From NCBI GenBank assembly GCA_017525875.1, contig JAFXSG010000045.1:12276-76275 (forward strand): 64,000 nt of DNA, read 5' to 3'. The translations under genes were made by a program, and so were the position numbers. Source of the stretch: Clostridia bacterium (GTDB taxonomy: Bacteria; Bacillota; Clostridia; Christensenellales; CAG-138). This document shows positions 1 to 9,461 of this stretch, piece after piece. Every line of letters begins with the position of its first letter. Positions within the stretch are counted from its first letter, which is position 1. Below the pieces are notes generated by a model. That model did not search any database, had not been told where the DNA came from, and saw only the letters and a list, made by a program, of their open reading frames with translations.

Positions 1-268
1 GGCGGGATTCTGCGAACAGCTCGGCATCCCCACTCCGACCTGCGGCGCATGCCTCTCCAACATGGCGATCACACCGGGCGGCAACGTCGTGCCCTGCCAG
101 AGCTGGCTCTCAGGGGATATCCTGGGCAATATGCTCACTGAGGACTGGGGGAAGATCTGGAGCAGTCCCGCATGCGTGGACCACAGAGCGTTTTCTTCAC
201 AGATGAGCGGCGAATGTCCGCTCCGCATCCATAAACACGAGAATGGGGAAGAGGAGGTCACGGAATGA
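1..268 (+). CDS. radical SAM enzyme, C-terminal SPASM/twitch-type domain (5' end outside window)
   Basis: Frame 2 is open from the window edge. The translation ...TCGACLSNMAITPGGNVVPCQSW...SPACVDH...ECPLR has the Cys spacing of SPASM auxiliary Fe-S domains. The stop overlaps the next start (ATGA at 265-268). Confidence 0.6.
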   Translation, partial: AGFCEQLGIPTPTCGACLSNMAITPGGNVVPCQSWLSGDILGNMLTEDWGKIWSSPACVDHRAFSSQMSGECPLRIHKHENGEEEVTE

Positions 269-1509
269 AAAAACGCATAATCGCAGCCGCCTTCGCGCTC
301 TTGCTGCTTTTTGCTTCAATAACGCTCGTTCTTCCGCGCACAGCTTACGCAAAAGCGCTTGACGAGATAGAAAACTACACTATCACCGTGAACGTCAACG
401 ACGATGCAACGCTGACCATGCTCTACCACGTCGAGTGGAAGGTGCTCGACAGCGACAGCGAAGGCCCGCTGGAATGGGTAAAGATCGGCATCCCCAACTC
501 CCACTACATATCCATGAAGGGCCTCAGCAGCACCGTCAAAAAGATAAGCTATTACTCTTCGGGCGGAAGCTACGTTCGCGTCGATCTCGATCGAAAGTAT
601 TATAAGGACGAGGTAGCAAGCTTTGATTTTGAGCTCGTCCAGGACTATATGTACGCGATGAACCACCTCAAAGAGGGCGAAACCCTATTCGAGTTCACCC
701 CAGGATGGTTCAACGATATCGACGTCGATCAGCTCGTGATCAGATGGAACGCCGATAAAGCCGCTTCGTTCACCCCGGCATGTCTTGTGGACGACGGCTT
801 CTATACCTGGACGACCGCACTGAAGAGCGGTGAGAAGTACACCGTGACCGTGACCTATCCGAACGACGCGTTCCAGTTTGACGAAACCAAATCGTTCGTA
901 AATAACGGTGGAAACAACGGCGGCAGCGACAGCAGCAGCTGCGTTGCGGAGTTCTTCGGGCTGATCATTGTAGGCGCGATCTGTTACGGTATTTTCGCTT
1001 TCTTCAGAGCCGTCAAAAACGCGATATTCAACAGCACCGCCAATTTCTCAGGCGGCACAACCAAAAAGAAAATCACCCGCGAGAAGATCGTTTACTATCC
1101 CACCTGCCAGGGCTGCGGCGCGCCGAGGCCCGAGGGCAAGGATACCTGCGAATACTGCGGCCGCAGTTTCATAAAGAGCAAGGAGACCGTGACCGAGGAG
1201 CAGGTTCCCGAAGACCTCAAGAGCAAGAATACGAACGGCAGTTACCGCTATTCCTCCGATCCGAACACCTACCTGCACGTCCACGTAGTGCCGGTCGTCG
1301 TTCCTTCGACTCCGCGTTCCACTCCCCGCCGCAGTTCCTCCTGTGCGAGTTCTTGCGCAAGCTCATGCGCCTGTGCAAGCTCCTGCGCCTGCGCCTGTGC
1401 GTGCGCCTGCGCCGGCGGCGGAAGGGCGGGCTGCTCCGTCAAGGATTTCTACAACACCGGTCTGAAGCTCCGACATCTTGAACTCGGGCTGAGATCAAAG
1501 AAAAAGTAA
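265..1509 (+). CDS. membrane protein: DUF2207-like exported N-domain, one TM helix, cytoplasmic zinc ribbon, Cys/Ala-repeat C-terminal tail
   Basis: 414-aa ORF with signal/TM MKKRIIAAAFALLLLFASI and mid TM FFGLIIVGAICYGIFAFF. It has a CQGCG...CEYCG zinc ribbon and the tail SSCASSCASSCACASSCACACACACAGGGRAGCS. It is translationally coupled to the upstream rSAM gene. Confidence 0.7.
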   Translation: MKKRIIAAAFALLLLFASITLVLPRTAYAKALDEIENYTITVNVNDDATLTMLYHVEWKVLDSDSEGPLEWVKIGIPNSHYISMKGLSSTVKKISYYSSGGSYVRVDLDRKYYKDEVASFDFELVQDYMYAMNHLKEGETLFEFTPGWFNDIDVDQLVIRWNADKAASFTPACLVDDGFYTWTTALKSGEKYTVTVTYPNDAFQFDETKSFVNNGGNNGGSDSSSCVAEFFGLIIVGAICYGIFAFFRAVKNAIFNSTANFSGGTTKKKITREKIVYYPTCQGCGAPRPEGKDTCEYCGRSFIKSKETVTEEQVPEDLKSKNTNGSYRYSSDPNTYLHVHVVPVVVPSTPRSTPRRSSSCASSCASSCACASSCACACACACAGGGRAGCSVKDFYNTGLKLRHLELGLRSKKK

Positions 1510-1511
1510 CG

Positions 1512-1547
1512 AAAAAAACTGCCGCAGATCCGTCTGCGGCAGTTTTA
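1512..1547. terminator. bidirectional rho-independent terminator
   Basis: A-run, then 10-bp perfect stem ctgccgcaga/tctgcggcag with loop tccg, then T-run. It lies between convergent genes. Confidence 0.8.
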
Positions 1548-1558
1548 TATGTGAAAAG

Positions 1559-2359
1559 TCATGCTTTCTTCAGTTTTGCAAGCCGGAACGGCAGGAACAT
1601 TATGAACGCTCCTACGGTCAGCGAAAACATGTAAGACGCGCACTGCACGACCCAGCCGAAACGGTCGTATATGTCCTTGAACACGACCAGCGAACTGCGG
1701 GCCGGACCGATATAGAACATATTCGGCGTGCTGCCTTCCGCCGTCATGGTAAGCGGCAGAATGAGGTTCAGCACGAGCGCAAGCGCGCAGCAGCCGACGA
1801 ACGTTATTACGGCAAGCCCGAAATGGCCGAGCTCCTGCCCGACTTCTCCGTAAAAGCCGATAAGCAGGCCGAGAAAGACCAGCAGCATATGCCACACGCA
1901 GGAGTGCATCGTTGAGAAAAGGTCAGCGTGCAGGATGCCGGAGGGCTCGATGAACGCCGCCAAACCGCTCATGAACGTGTACGTCATCATAAAGGTCAGC
2001 AGGGCGGTGCGCAGGCGGCAGCCGCGGCGCAAAAAAGACGCGATCACTGCGAGATACATCGGCACGCTGCAAAGCTGGAACGGGAAAAGATAGATCCATC
2101 TGTTGTAATCGCTGCCGCAGAGATTGTAATAATTGTATGCAAGCTTGAACATCTCACAGAGCATCAGAAAAAAGCCGACAGCCCGAAGCGTGCCGTTATA
2201 CAGCTTGAAACTCTGCTTTTTACGGATGAGCAGAGCGGCAGTGATAACGACTGCAAGCCCGATCACAGTAAAGCAGATATGGAAGCGGCCCCATGCCTGC
2301 GGCTTTTCAGCCATCTCGACATAGACTTTCTCAAAGAATGATCTCAGAAATGAGTCCAT
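1559..2359 (-). CDS. polytopic membrane protein, YwaF/TIGR02206-like
   Basis: Hydrophobic ORF with about 7 TM segments; the motif LFPFQLCSVPMY is reminiscent of the YwaF family. Start chosen at MDSFLRS (2359), preceded by GGAGGT. Confidence 0.5.
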   Translation of the reverse strand: MDSFLRSFFEKVYVEMAEKPQAWGRFHICFTVIGLAVVITAALLIRKKQSFKLYNGTLRAVGFFLMLCEMFKLAYNYYNLCGSDYNRWIYLFPFQLCSVPMYLAVIASFLRRGCRLRTALLTFMMTYTFMSGLAAFIEPSGILHADLFSTMHSCVWHMLLVFLGLLIGFYGEVGQELGHFGLAVITFVGCCALALVLNLILPLTMTAEGSTPNMFYIGPARSSLVVFKDIYDRFGWVVQCASYMFSLTVGAFIMFLPFRLAKLKKA

Positions 2360-2435
2360 ATTGTTACCTCCGCGATAATGCCCGCTCATTATATCCTATT
2401 GAGTGCTGCCTTGCAATACTATTGCGGAAAAACAA

Positions 2436-2476
2436 AGAAAAATCAAAACAGCAGGCGGCTCGGATGCCGCCTGCTG
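2436..2476 (-). terminator. rho-independent terminator of the ABC exporter operon
   Basis: Stem cagcaggcggc/gccgcctgctg (2449-2476), followed on the minus strand by TTTTGATTTTT. Confidence 0.7.
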
Positions 2477-2492
2477 CACATTAGCTTCGTTA

Positions 2493-4436
2493 TCAGCTCA
2501 ATTCAAACGCTCCTGTATAGAGCTTGTAATACCTGCCCTTCTGGGCGATAAGGTCCTTGTGATCGCCGCGCTCTATGATCCGGCCGTGCTCGAGCACCAT
2601 TATCGCATTCGAATTGCGGACGGTGGAAAGACGGTGCGCGATGACGAACACGGTACGCCCGTTCATCAGCTCATCCATGCCTCTTTCGATCAGCGCTTCC
2701 GTGCGCGTATCGATGGAGCTGGTCGCTTCGTCGAGGATAAGCACAGGCGGGTCCGCAACGGCAGCGCGGGCGATCGCCAGCAGCTGACGCTGGCCCTGCG
2801 AGAGGTTTTCACCGTCATCCACGATCATCGTGTCATAGCCCTGCGGCAGATGCATGATGAACGAGTGGGCGTTAGCGAGCTTGGCCGCGTGCTCGATCTC
2901 CTCGTCGGTCGCGTCCTTCTTGCCGAAACGGATATTCTCACGCACGGTACCGGTGAACAGGTGCGTGTCCTGAAGCACCATTGCGAGGCTTCGGCGCAGG
3001 TCATCCTTGCCGATATCGCGGATATTGAACCCGTCATAGGTGATCTCGCCCTGCTGAATATCGTAAAAACGGTTGATAAGGTTTGTGATCGTCGTCTTGC
3101 CCGCGCCGGTGGAACCGACGAAAGCGATCTTCTGCCCGGGTTTTGCATACAGGCTCACGTCGTCAAGCACGATCTTCTCGCCGTCATAGCTGAAATCAAC
3201 GTCGTGGAAGCGTACGTCGCCGCGAACGCGCGTCAGCGTGCCGTCAGGCTGTTTCCAGCCCCAAACGTCCGTGCGCTCGCCGCATTCGACGAGGCTGCCG
3301 CTCTCGTCATAGCGCGCGTTCACAAGGCGGATGGCGCCGTTGTCCTCCTCGGGTTCCTCATCGATCAGCGCAAAGATGCGCTCTGCACCGGCAAGTGCGG
3401 AGAGGATGGAGTTGAACTGCTGGCTCATCATCGTGATAGGCTGTGCGAAGTTCCTCGTGTACTGGAGGAACGTGATCAGACTGCCGACGGAAAGCGTGAT
3501 GATTGCAGGATAGTTATTCGTAGCCTTCGCGACGACCATCAGCGTTCCGAGAAGCGCCGTGATCGCGTACTGGATGTAGCTCAGGTTGCCCATGATCGGC
3601 ATCAGTATGCTCGCCCAGGTGTTTGCGCCGGCTTCTGCGCGGCGGAGATCATCGTTCAGCTTTGCGAATTCATTATTGATACGATCTTCACGGCAGAAAA
3701 CCTTAACGACCTTCTGCCCTTCGGTCATCTCCTCGATATAGCCGTTCGCGATGCCGAGCGCCGCCTGACGCTTTTTATAGAACGCACCGCTCTTTTTGCC
3801 GAGGTTCTTGACTACGAGGATCATCAGAACGAGCATCACGACCGTGATAACCGTCAGCGCGGGGCTTAGGATGACCATCATAACGAAGACGCTGACCACG
3901 CGGAACAGACTGTTGATGAGGTTCGGGATGCTTTGCCCGAGCATCTCGCGCATCGCGTCCGTGTCGTTGGTGTATCGGCTCATGATCTCGCCGTGGGTGT
4001 GACGGTCGAAATACTTGATCGGCAGCTTCTGCATCTTGCGGAACATCTCGGTGCGGATGTCGTACAGGATGCCGGTCGATACGTTGATCATAAGGCGCGA
4101 GTTCACGTAGATACACACCGCGCCGACGATGTAGACGACCGCCATCTTGATGATCTGGTGCACAAATGCCGCCCAGCGTTCCTGAGTCGCGCCGGATCCG
4201 ACCATCGGAGCGATGTAATCGTCGATCAGCGGGCGCAGCAGCGCCGTGCCGATGACGTTCGCTTCGGCGGCGATGATGATGCAGGCCGTGACGATCAGAA
4301 GCGTGATCCAATAGGGCTTGAAGTAACGCAGCAGACGAATGAACGTGCCTTTCGCGTTCTTGGGCTTTGCAAACTTAGGTCCGCGGCTGCCGGGGCCGTG
4401 GGTGACTCTTTCGGAAGCTTTCGGTGCGGGGCTCAT
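2493..4436 (-). CDS. ABC transporter, fused permease/ATP-binding protein (type I exporter)
   Basis: 647 aa with an N-terminal 6-TM domain. Walker A GSTGAGKTT, signature LSQGQRQ, Walker B LILDEATS. The start overlaps the upstream stop. Confidence 0.9.
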   Translation of the reverse strand: MSPAPKASERVTHGPGSRGPKFAKPKNAKGTFIRLLRYFKPYWITLLIVTACIIIAAEANVIGTALLRPLIDDYIAPMVGSGATQERWAAFVHQIIKMAVVYIVGAVCIYVNSRLMINVSTGILYDIRTEMFRKMQKLPIKYFDRHTHGEIMSRYTNDTDAMREMLGQSIPNLINSLFRVVSVFVMMVILSPALTVITVVMLVLMILVVKNLGKKSGAFYKKRQAALGIANGYIEEMTEGQKVVKVFCREDRINNEFAKLNDDLRRAEAGANTWASILMPIMGNLSYIQYAITALLGTLMVVAKATNNYPAIITLSVGSLITFLQYTRNFAQPITMMSQQFNSILSALAGAERIFALIDEEPEEDNGAIRLVNARYDESGSLVECGERTDVWGWKQPDGTLTRVRGDVRFHDVDFSYDGEKIVLDDVSLYAKPGQKIAFVGSTGAGKTTITNLINRFYDIQQGEITYDGFNIRDIGKDDLRRSLAMVLQDTHLFTGTVRENIRFGKKDATDEEIEHAAKLANAHSFIMHLPQGYDTMIVDDGENLSQGQRQLLAIARAAVADPPVLILDEATSSIDTRTEALIERGMDELMNGRTVFVIAHRLSTVRNSNAIMVLEHGRIIERGDHKDLIAQKGRYYKLYTGAFELS

Positions 4437-6172
4437 TCGTCTTCGCCTCCTTTCATCTGGGATTCATAGACCTCTCTGTAGATCTGGTTCGTCTCAAGCA
4501 GGTTCTCGGGCGTGTCGAAGGCAACGAGTTTGCCATCGTCCATGACCATGACTCTGTCCGCGTCCATTACGGAGGCGATGCGCTGAGCGATGATGAACGT
4601 CGTAGTTCCCTTGAGCTCTGTGCGCAGCGCTTTGCGGATAGCGGCGTCGGTCGCCGTATCACATGCGCTCGTGGAGTCGTCGAGGATAACGACCTTGGGG
4701 TCCTTCAGCAGCGCTCTCGCGATGCAGAGCCTCTGCTTCTGACCGCCGGAAACGTTCACGCCGCCCTGACCGAGGTCGGTCTGATATCCGTTCGGGAAAC
4801 TCATGATGAAGTCATGCGCGCATGCCGCGCGGCAGGCGGCCTCGATCTGCTCCTGCGTCGCGTTTTCATTGCCCCAGCGCAGGTTTTCTTCTATAGTGCC
4901 GCTGAAAAGCAGGTTCGTCTGAAGCACCATCGCAACAGAGTCGCGCAGCGTGTGCAGCTTGTATTCGCGCACGTCGTGCCCGCCAACGAGCACCTGACCG
5001 TCCAGCACCTCATACAGGCGGGGAATGAGCTGAACGAGCGTGGTCTTGGCGGAACCGGTACCTCCGATAATGCCTATCGTTTCACCGGAGCGGACGCTGA
5101 AGCTGACGTTTTCAAGCGTCAGATTGTCGGGATTCTTGCTGTAAGAGAAATCCGCGTCGCGGAACTCCACGCTGCCGTCCTCGACCTGAAGCTCGGGATC
5201 GGCGTCATCGTCGCTGATGTCGATCTCCTCGTCGAGCACTTCGGCGATACGCTTCTGAGAAGCTCTCGTGATGATGAAGCTCACAAACACCATCGAAAGC
5301 ATCATAACGCTCGAGAGGATCTGACCGATGTAGGCGAGGAAGCCGGACAGGTCGCCGATGCGCATCCCGCCCGCCACGATGAGCTTGCCTCCGAAGAAGC
5401 ATACAGCGACTATCGCCGCGTAAAAGATCAGCTGAGAGATCGGGTTGTTCCAGATGACGATACGCTCGGCCGCCCTCTGTGCCGTGCGGAGCGCCTTTGC
5501 GGAATCGTCGAAGCTGACGGATTCATCGTCGCCCTTCACGAAAGCCTTGACCACGCGGATAGCGATCAGGTTTTCCTGCACCCTTGCGTTCATCAGGTCC
5601 AGCTTCGTAAGCATCTTTTCAAAGAACGGATGAGCCTTGATCATGATGAACAGCATGATGCCGCCGAGCAGCGGTATCGCGATTGCAAAAACGAGCGACA
5701 GAGTCGGGTTGACGGCAACGGCAAAGCAGAACGCCGTTATCATAATGATAAGATTGCGGACGGTCATCCGGATCAGTATAGTAAACAGGTTCTGAATGTT
5801 CGTAACGTCCGTCGTAAGCCTTGTCACGATGCTTGCGCTCGAAAACTTATCAACGTTCGCAAAGGAAAAATCCTGCACCTTGCGGAACAGCATGTTGCGA
5901 AGGTTCGCAGCAAAGCCCGTGCCGGCAACAGCCGCAAACCTTGCGCACAGCGCGCCGGAGAGCAGCGCGAATACCGCCATGAGCAGCATAAGGCCTCCGT
6001 AGGTCAGAATAACGCGAAGACTCGGTGTTTCAACGTCTATACCTTCGTTGATGAGCTTCGTCATCAAAAACGGGATCATGATCTCGAGGACGCCCTCGAT
6101 GATGATCATGAGCGATGCGCCGATCGATTGCTTCTCATAGCCCCGAACGGCGGGCAGCAGTTTTTTGATCAT
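4433..6172 (-). CDS. ABC transporter, fused permease/ATP-binding protein (heterodimer partner)
   Basis: 579 aa with a TM domain plus GGTGSAKTT, VSGGQKQR and VILDDSTS motifs. It is coupled to the downstream ABC gene. Confidence 0.9.
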   Translation of the reverse strand: MIKKLLPAVRGYEKQSIGASLMIIIEGVLEIMIPFLMTKLINEGIDVETPSLRVILTYGGLMLLMAVFALLSGALCARFAAVAGTGFAANLRNMLFRKVQDFSFANVDKFSSASIVTRLTTDVTNIQNLFTILIRMTVRNLIIMITAFCFAVAVNPTLSLVFAIAIPLLGGIMLFIMIKAHPFFEKMLTKLDLMNARVQENLIAIRVVKAFVKGDDESVSFDDSAKALRTAQRAAERIVIWNNPISQLIFYAAIVAVCFFGGKLIVAGGMRIGDLSGFLAYIGQILSSVMMLSMVFVSFIITRASQKRIAEVLDEEIDISDDDADPELQVEDGSVEFRDADFSYSKNPDNLTLENVSFSVRSGETIGIIGGTGSAKTTLVQLIPRLYEVLDGQVLVGGHDVREYKLHTLRDSVAMVLQTNLLFSGTIEENLRWGNENATQEQIEAACRAACAHDFIMSFPNGYQTDLGQGGVNVSGGQKQRLCIARALLKDPKVVILDDSTSACDTATDAAIRKALRTELKGTTTFIIAQRIASVMDADRVMVMDDGKLVAFDTPENLLETNQIYREVYESQMKGGEDE

Positions 6173-6232
6173 AGCAATTCTTATGCCTTTCTCGGCAGAT
6201 CTTGCCGTTTTTTCAGTGCTTTTCGGCTGCTT

Positions 6233-6715
6233 TCACGATTTGTGTTCGGATTTCACGAACTTGGAAAGCTCCATATTGTTCATAGCTCCGGTGTCGCCGG
6301 ATTCGAGGTTGGCAATGAGCCTCGAAAGCAGGGAAGAGGTCAGCTCTTTTTCCTCCGCGGAAAAACCGGTGAACATCCTCTCCTCCAGTTCGTCAAAGAA
6401 TCGGCGGCAGCGTTTCGCGGCCTCCGTGCCGACGGCCGTAATATGCAGGCTGTTCGCCCTGAGGTTCCCCTTGCGTGCGCCGCGGCTCACGTAACCTGCC
6501 GTTTCCATGCGCTTGATGCTCTGCGCGACGGATGCGGGCGAAACGCTCATATCCTCAGCGACCTCCGCCTGAGTGCAGCCGTCGTTCCTTTCAATGAATT
6601 CAAGCATTCGCATCTGCGCAGGAGGGATCAGCCGCCCCGCTTCGTTGCGCAGGTAATACGCCATCAGCAGGTCGAGCCTGTGCAGCTTTCGGCCTACGCG
6701 GCATTTTTCGCTCAT
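6233..6715 (-). CDS. MarR family transcriptional regulator
   Basis: 160 aa with a winged-HTH pattern: MLEFIERNDGCTQAEVAEDMSVSPASVAQSIKRMETAGYVSR. It is the first gene of the exporter operon. Confidence 0.85.
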   Translation of the reverse strand: MSEKCRVGRKLHRLDLLMAYYLRNEAGRLIPPAQMRMLEFIERNDGCTQAEVAEDMSVSPASVAQSIKRMETAGYVSRGARKGNLRANSLHITAVGTEAAKRCRRFFDELEERMFTGFSAEEKELTSSLLSRLIANLESGDTGAMNNMELSKFVKSEHKS

Positions 6716-6763
6716 AACACCAGCTCTCCTTCCATTTCGGATACTTGATCTTAAACAATTAAA

Positions 6764-6780
6764 CGCTTAATTATTAAGCG
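6764..6780. promoter_or_regulatory. 17-bp palindrome, candidate MarR operator
   Basis: CGCTTAAT-T-ATTAAGCG is a perfect inverted repeat about 50 bp upstream of the marR start, in the divergent intergenic region. Confidence 0.4.
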
Positions 6781-6981
6781 CTTAACATTTTACTCCGCTG
6801 CCGGATACATGTCAAGGCCGTGCGGTGATCAAACGCATAATATATTGAACCGCGGGAAAGCTAAAACCGTTAAATAAGCGGGGAACGGAAAAGGATTCCA
6901 AATGTTGACAGTATCCGCGTTTTCCATTAGAATATTATCGGAGATTTTCTGTTATCCATTCTAAACTTACGGAGGTACACC

Positions 6982-8745
6982 ATGAGAAAGTGCAACAACT
7001 GCAATATAATTCTCGGCGATGCCGACAACTTCTGCCCTAACTGCGGCATGACGACCGTGCCTGTGCAGCAGGAGAAGTTTGCGGAGCCTGCGCAGCCTGT
7101 TGAGCCCGCGGGGCCTGCTCAGATCGCAGCTCCCGTTCAGCCCGAGACGCCGGTACAGCCCTCTCCGGAACCGTACCGCAATCCTGCGGGCGTAAAGAAG
7201 CCGGCAAAGAAGAAAAAAACCGGGCTCATCATCGGCATAATAGCCGCCGTTGCGCTGCTGGCGGTCGCAGCAGTCGTGATCGCTTCGCTATTCAAGAATA
7301 AACCTATGGTGCAGTTCTATAACGCTCAGAATCGCTTTATGACAACGAGCGTGCGCGGCAGCTCCATCGACGACGTGCTCCGCGGCAAAGCCGACGGGAT
7401 CAACACCGAGATCTCGACCGATGCGGTTCTCCGCGTTGCCGCAGAGGGGCTCGATATTATGGGCCTTGACATCATCGATAAGTTCGATATTTCGTTCAAC
7501 ATCGATACCCGCGGGGATGAGGACCTCTTCAGCGTAGGAGTAAACTACAAGGGTTCGCCTGTCCTCACCGGAACGATCAAGAGCACGGAAAACGATCTCT
7601 ACTGTTATCTCCCGGAACTGTCCGAAGAGTACTACGTCGTTGACCGAAACCTGCTCCTCGGTCTTATGGATATGGGAGAGCTGGACACAGAGCCGGTCGA
7701 TTATGAAAAGGTCGAGAACCTCTCCCGCGCCTATGACGACGTCAAATCCCGCTACGACGCGATCCTGCGTACCGGCGTTGCGGAAGAGGATTTTTCCGCC
7801 GAAAAGGGCGTTGTCCGTCTTGCCGGTCTTGAAGATGAACTGAAAAACGCTTCGACTATAATCTACCGTCCCAATAAGGACAGACTCACCGCGATGTTCA
7901 CAAAGCTCGGTGAAGAGATAAAGGATGATGAAGCGCTTTCAAACTACCTGCTTTCGCTGTTCGATTACTATTTCGCGAACAAGAGCGGCACGGTATTCTC
8001 CGCTGCCGATTACGAAAGCGACGAGGAGCGGAATTTGAAGGACGCACTGCGCGAGCTCGGAGAGAACCTTCAGGAGAATGCTGCAGAGATCGCAAACAAC
8101 ATCGCTGAGTCCGAATTCGAATGGCGCTGCGTGACCGATGACGGCAGCATTATCGCCCAGTACATCACCGGAAAGGATTTCAGCTTCACCTTCGAACAGC
8201 CGGATGATCTCCGTTCCTATCTGCGCTGCGAACCTGCGAACGGCGAAGGTGCGGTCACAGTGACCAGGACACTCGAAAAAACCGGCAGCACGATCGGCGG
8301 CGACATCCGTTTCGAGACCGAAGGCTCCGGCATGAACTTTACGGGTAAACTGACCATAACCTCCATGGACGAAAAAACCAAGTCGGCATTCGGCGTTCCC
8401 TATGGCAGCTATAAGCTTGACGTCACCTTGACGGACGAGGATGATTCGTTTGGCAGCCGCAGCCTCAGCCTCGATATCAACGTCGGAGCCAAAGACGGCG
8501 GCGGCACCGAGCACCGACTCACCGTGAACGGATTGAGCGATCTGATCGATGACGACGAGATCCCCGACAGCATCACCGTTTTCCTTGACACCACTGATCA
8601 GGATTCTACCGTTCGCGCTCCTTCCGCCGATCCCACCAGGATCTCAAATGAAGAGGAGTTCCAATCTGCTGTCTCCGATCTTTCGGACAGCCTGATGACC
8701 GTATTGTACCGTCTCATGCTCAGGATATCGCTCTCCGGCGATTAA
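6982..8745 (+). CDS. zinc-ribbon membrane protein with large extracytoplasmic domain, function unknown
   Basis: 587 aa with N-terminal CNNC...CPNC, a Pro-rich linker, TM LIIGIIAAVALLAVAAVVIASL and a long acidic domain. Confidence 0.6.
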   Translation: MRKCNNCNIILGDADNFCPNCGMTTVPVQQEKFAEPAQPVEPAGPAQIAAPVQPETPVQPSPEPYRNPAGVKKPAKKKKTGLIIGIIAAVALLAVAAVVIASLFKNKPMVQFYNAQNRFMTTSVRGSSIDDVLRGKADGINTEISTDAVLRVAAEGLDIMGLDIIDKFDISFNIDTRGDEDLFSVGVNYKGSPVLTGTIKSTENDLYCYLPELSEEYYVVDRNLLLGLMDMGELDTEPVDYEKVENLSRAYDDVKSRYDAILRTGVAEEDFSAEKGVVRLAGLEDELKNASTIIYRPNKDRLTAMFTKLGEEIKDDEALSNYLLSLFDYYFANKSGTVFSAADYESDEERNLKDALRELGENLQENAAEIANNIAESEFEWRCVTDDGSIIAQYITGKDFSFTFEQPDDLRSYLRCEPANGEGAVTVTRTLEKTGSTIGGDIRFETEGSGMNFTGKLTITSMDEKTKSAFGVPYGSYKLDVTLTDEDDSFGSRSLSLDINVGAKDGGGTEHRLTVNGLSDLIDDDEIPDSITVFLDTTDQDSTVRAPSADPTRISNEEEFQSAVSDLSDSLMTVLYRLMLRISLSGD

Positions 8746-8801
8746 TATCCCGCGGCCGGCAGTGATGTCGGCCGTGTTTTGCGTTTGTAAGCGGGGCAGA
8801 T

Positions 8802-9461
8802 TTGATGATAAAGCTTGAAAACGTTGAAAAATACTATGGTTCTGAACGCGTGCTCGGCCCGGTCTCACTTTCCGTCGGCGAAGGCGAGATCGTGGGCATC
8901 GTCGGCGAAAACGGCGCAGGGAAGAGCACTTTGCTCAGAATGATCGCCGGCGTCGAAAAGCCGGACCGCGGCAGCGTCAGGATCGATCCGATGAAAGCGG
9001 GCGAGGTGGGCTACGTCCCTCAGGAGCTCGCTCTCTACCAAAGCCTGACAGGGATGCAGAACCTTCGTTATTGGGCAACGGCGATCGGCCTTCGGGGCAA
9101 GCGCCGACGCAATCGCTGCAGGCATCTGCTCGACATTCTCGATCTATCCGAAAAGGCGGACAAGCCCGTTTCAACGTATTCCGGCGGTATGAAGCGCAGG
9201 CTCAACCTCGGCTGTGCGCTCGTGGGCGACGTAAAACTGCTGCTGCTCGATGAGCCGACCGTCGGTGCAGATACCCGTTCAACGGAGCTGATTTGGAACG
9301 CCGCAAGGAAACTGCAGGCGCTCGGGTGCGCAATAATACTCGTATCCCATCATGCCGAGGATATCTTGCGCCTTGCCGATCGTGTGATAACGCTTAACGA
9401 CGGCGTTACCGCCGGCGATGAACCGAAAGGAAAGACCGGCGAACAGGGGACCACGGAATGA
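8802..9461 (+). CDS. ABC transporter ATP-binding protein
   Basis: Walker A GENGAGKST, signature YSGGMKRR, Walker B LLLDEPT. Confidence 0.9.
   Translation: MMIKLENVEKYYGSERVLGPVSLSVGEGEIVGIVGENGAGKSTLLRMIAGVEKPDRGSVRIDPMKAGEVGYVPQELALYQSLTGMQNLRYWATAIGLRGKRRRNRCRHLLDILDLSEKADKPVSTYSGGMKRRLNLGCALVGDVKLLLLDEPTVGADTRSTELIWNAARKLQALGCAIILVSHHAEDILRLADRVITLNDGVTAGDEPKGKTGEQGTTE

Noticed and set aside
2403-6748. Long plus-strand ORFs (2403-3869, 3933-4469, 4424-6748) opposite the two ABC exporter genes
   Set aside because: They are antisense shadows typical of high-GC DNA. The translations are Arg/Asp/His-rich and low-complexity with no motifs, whereas the minus-strand ORFs carry complete ABC signatures.
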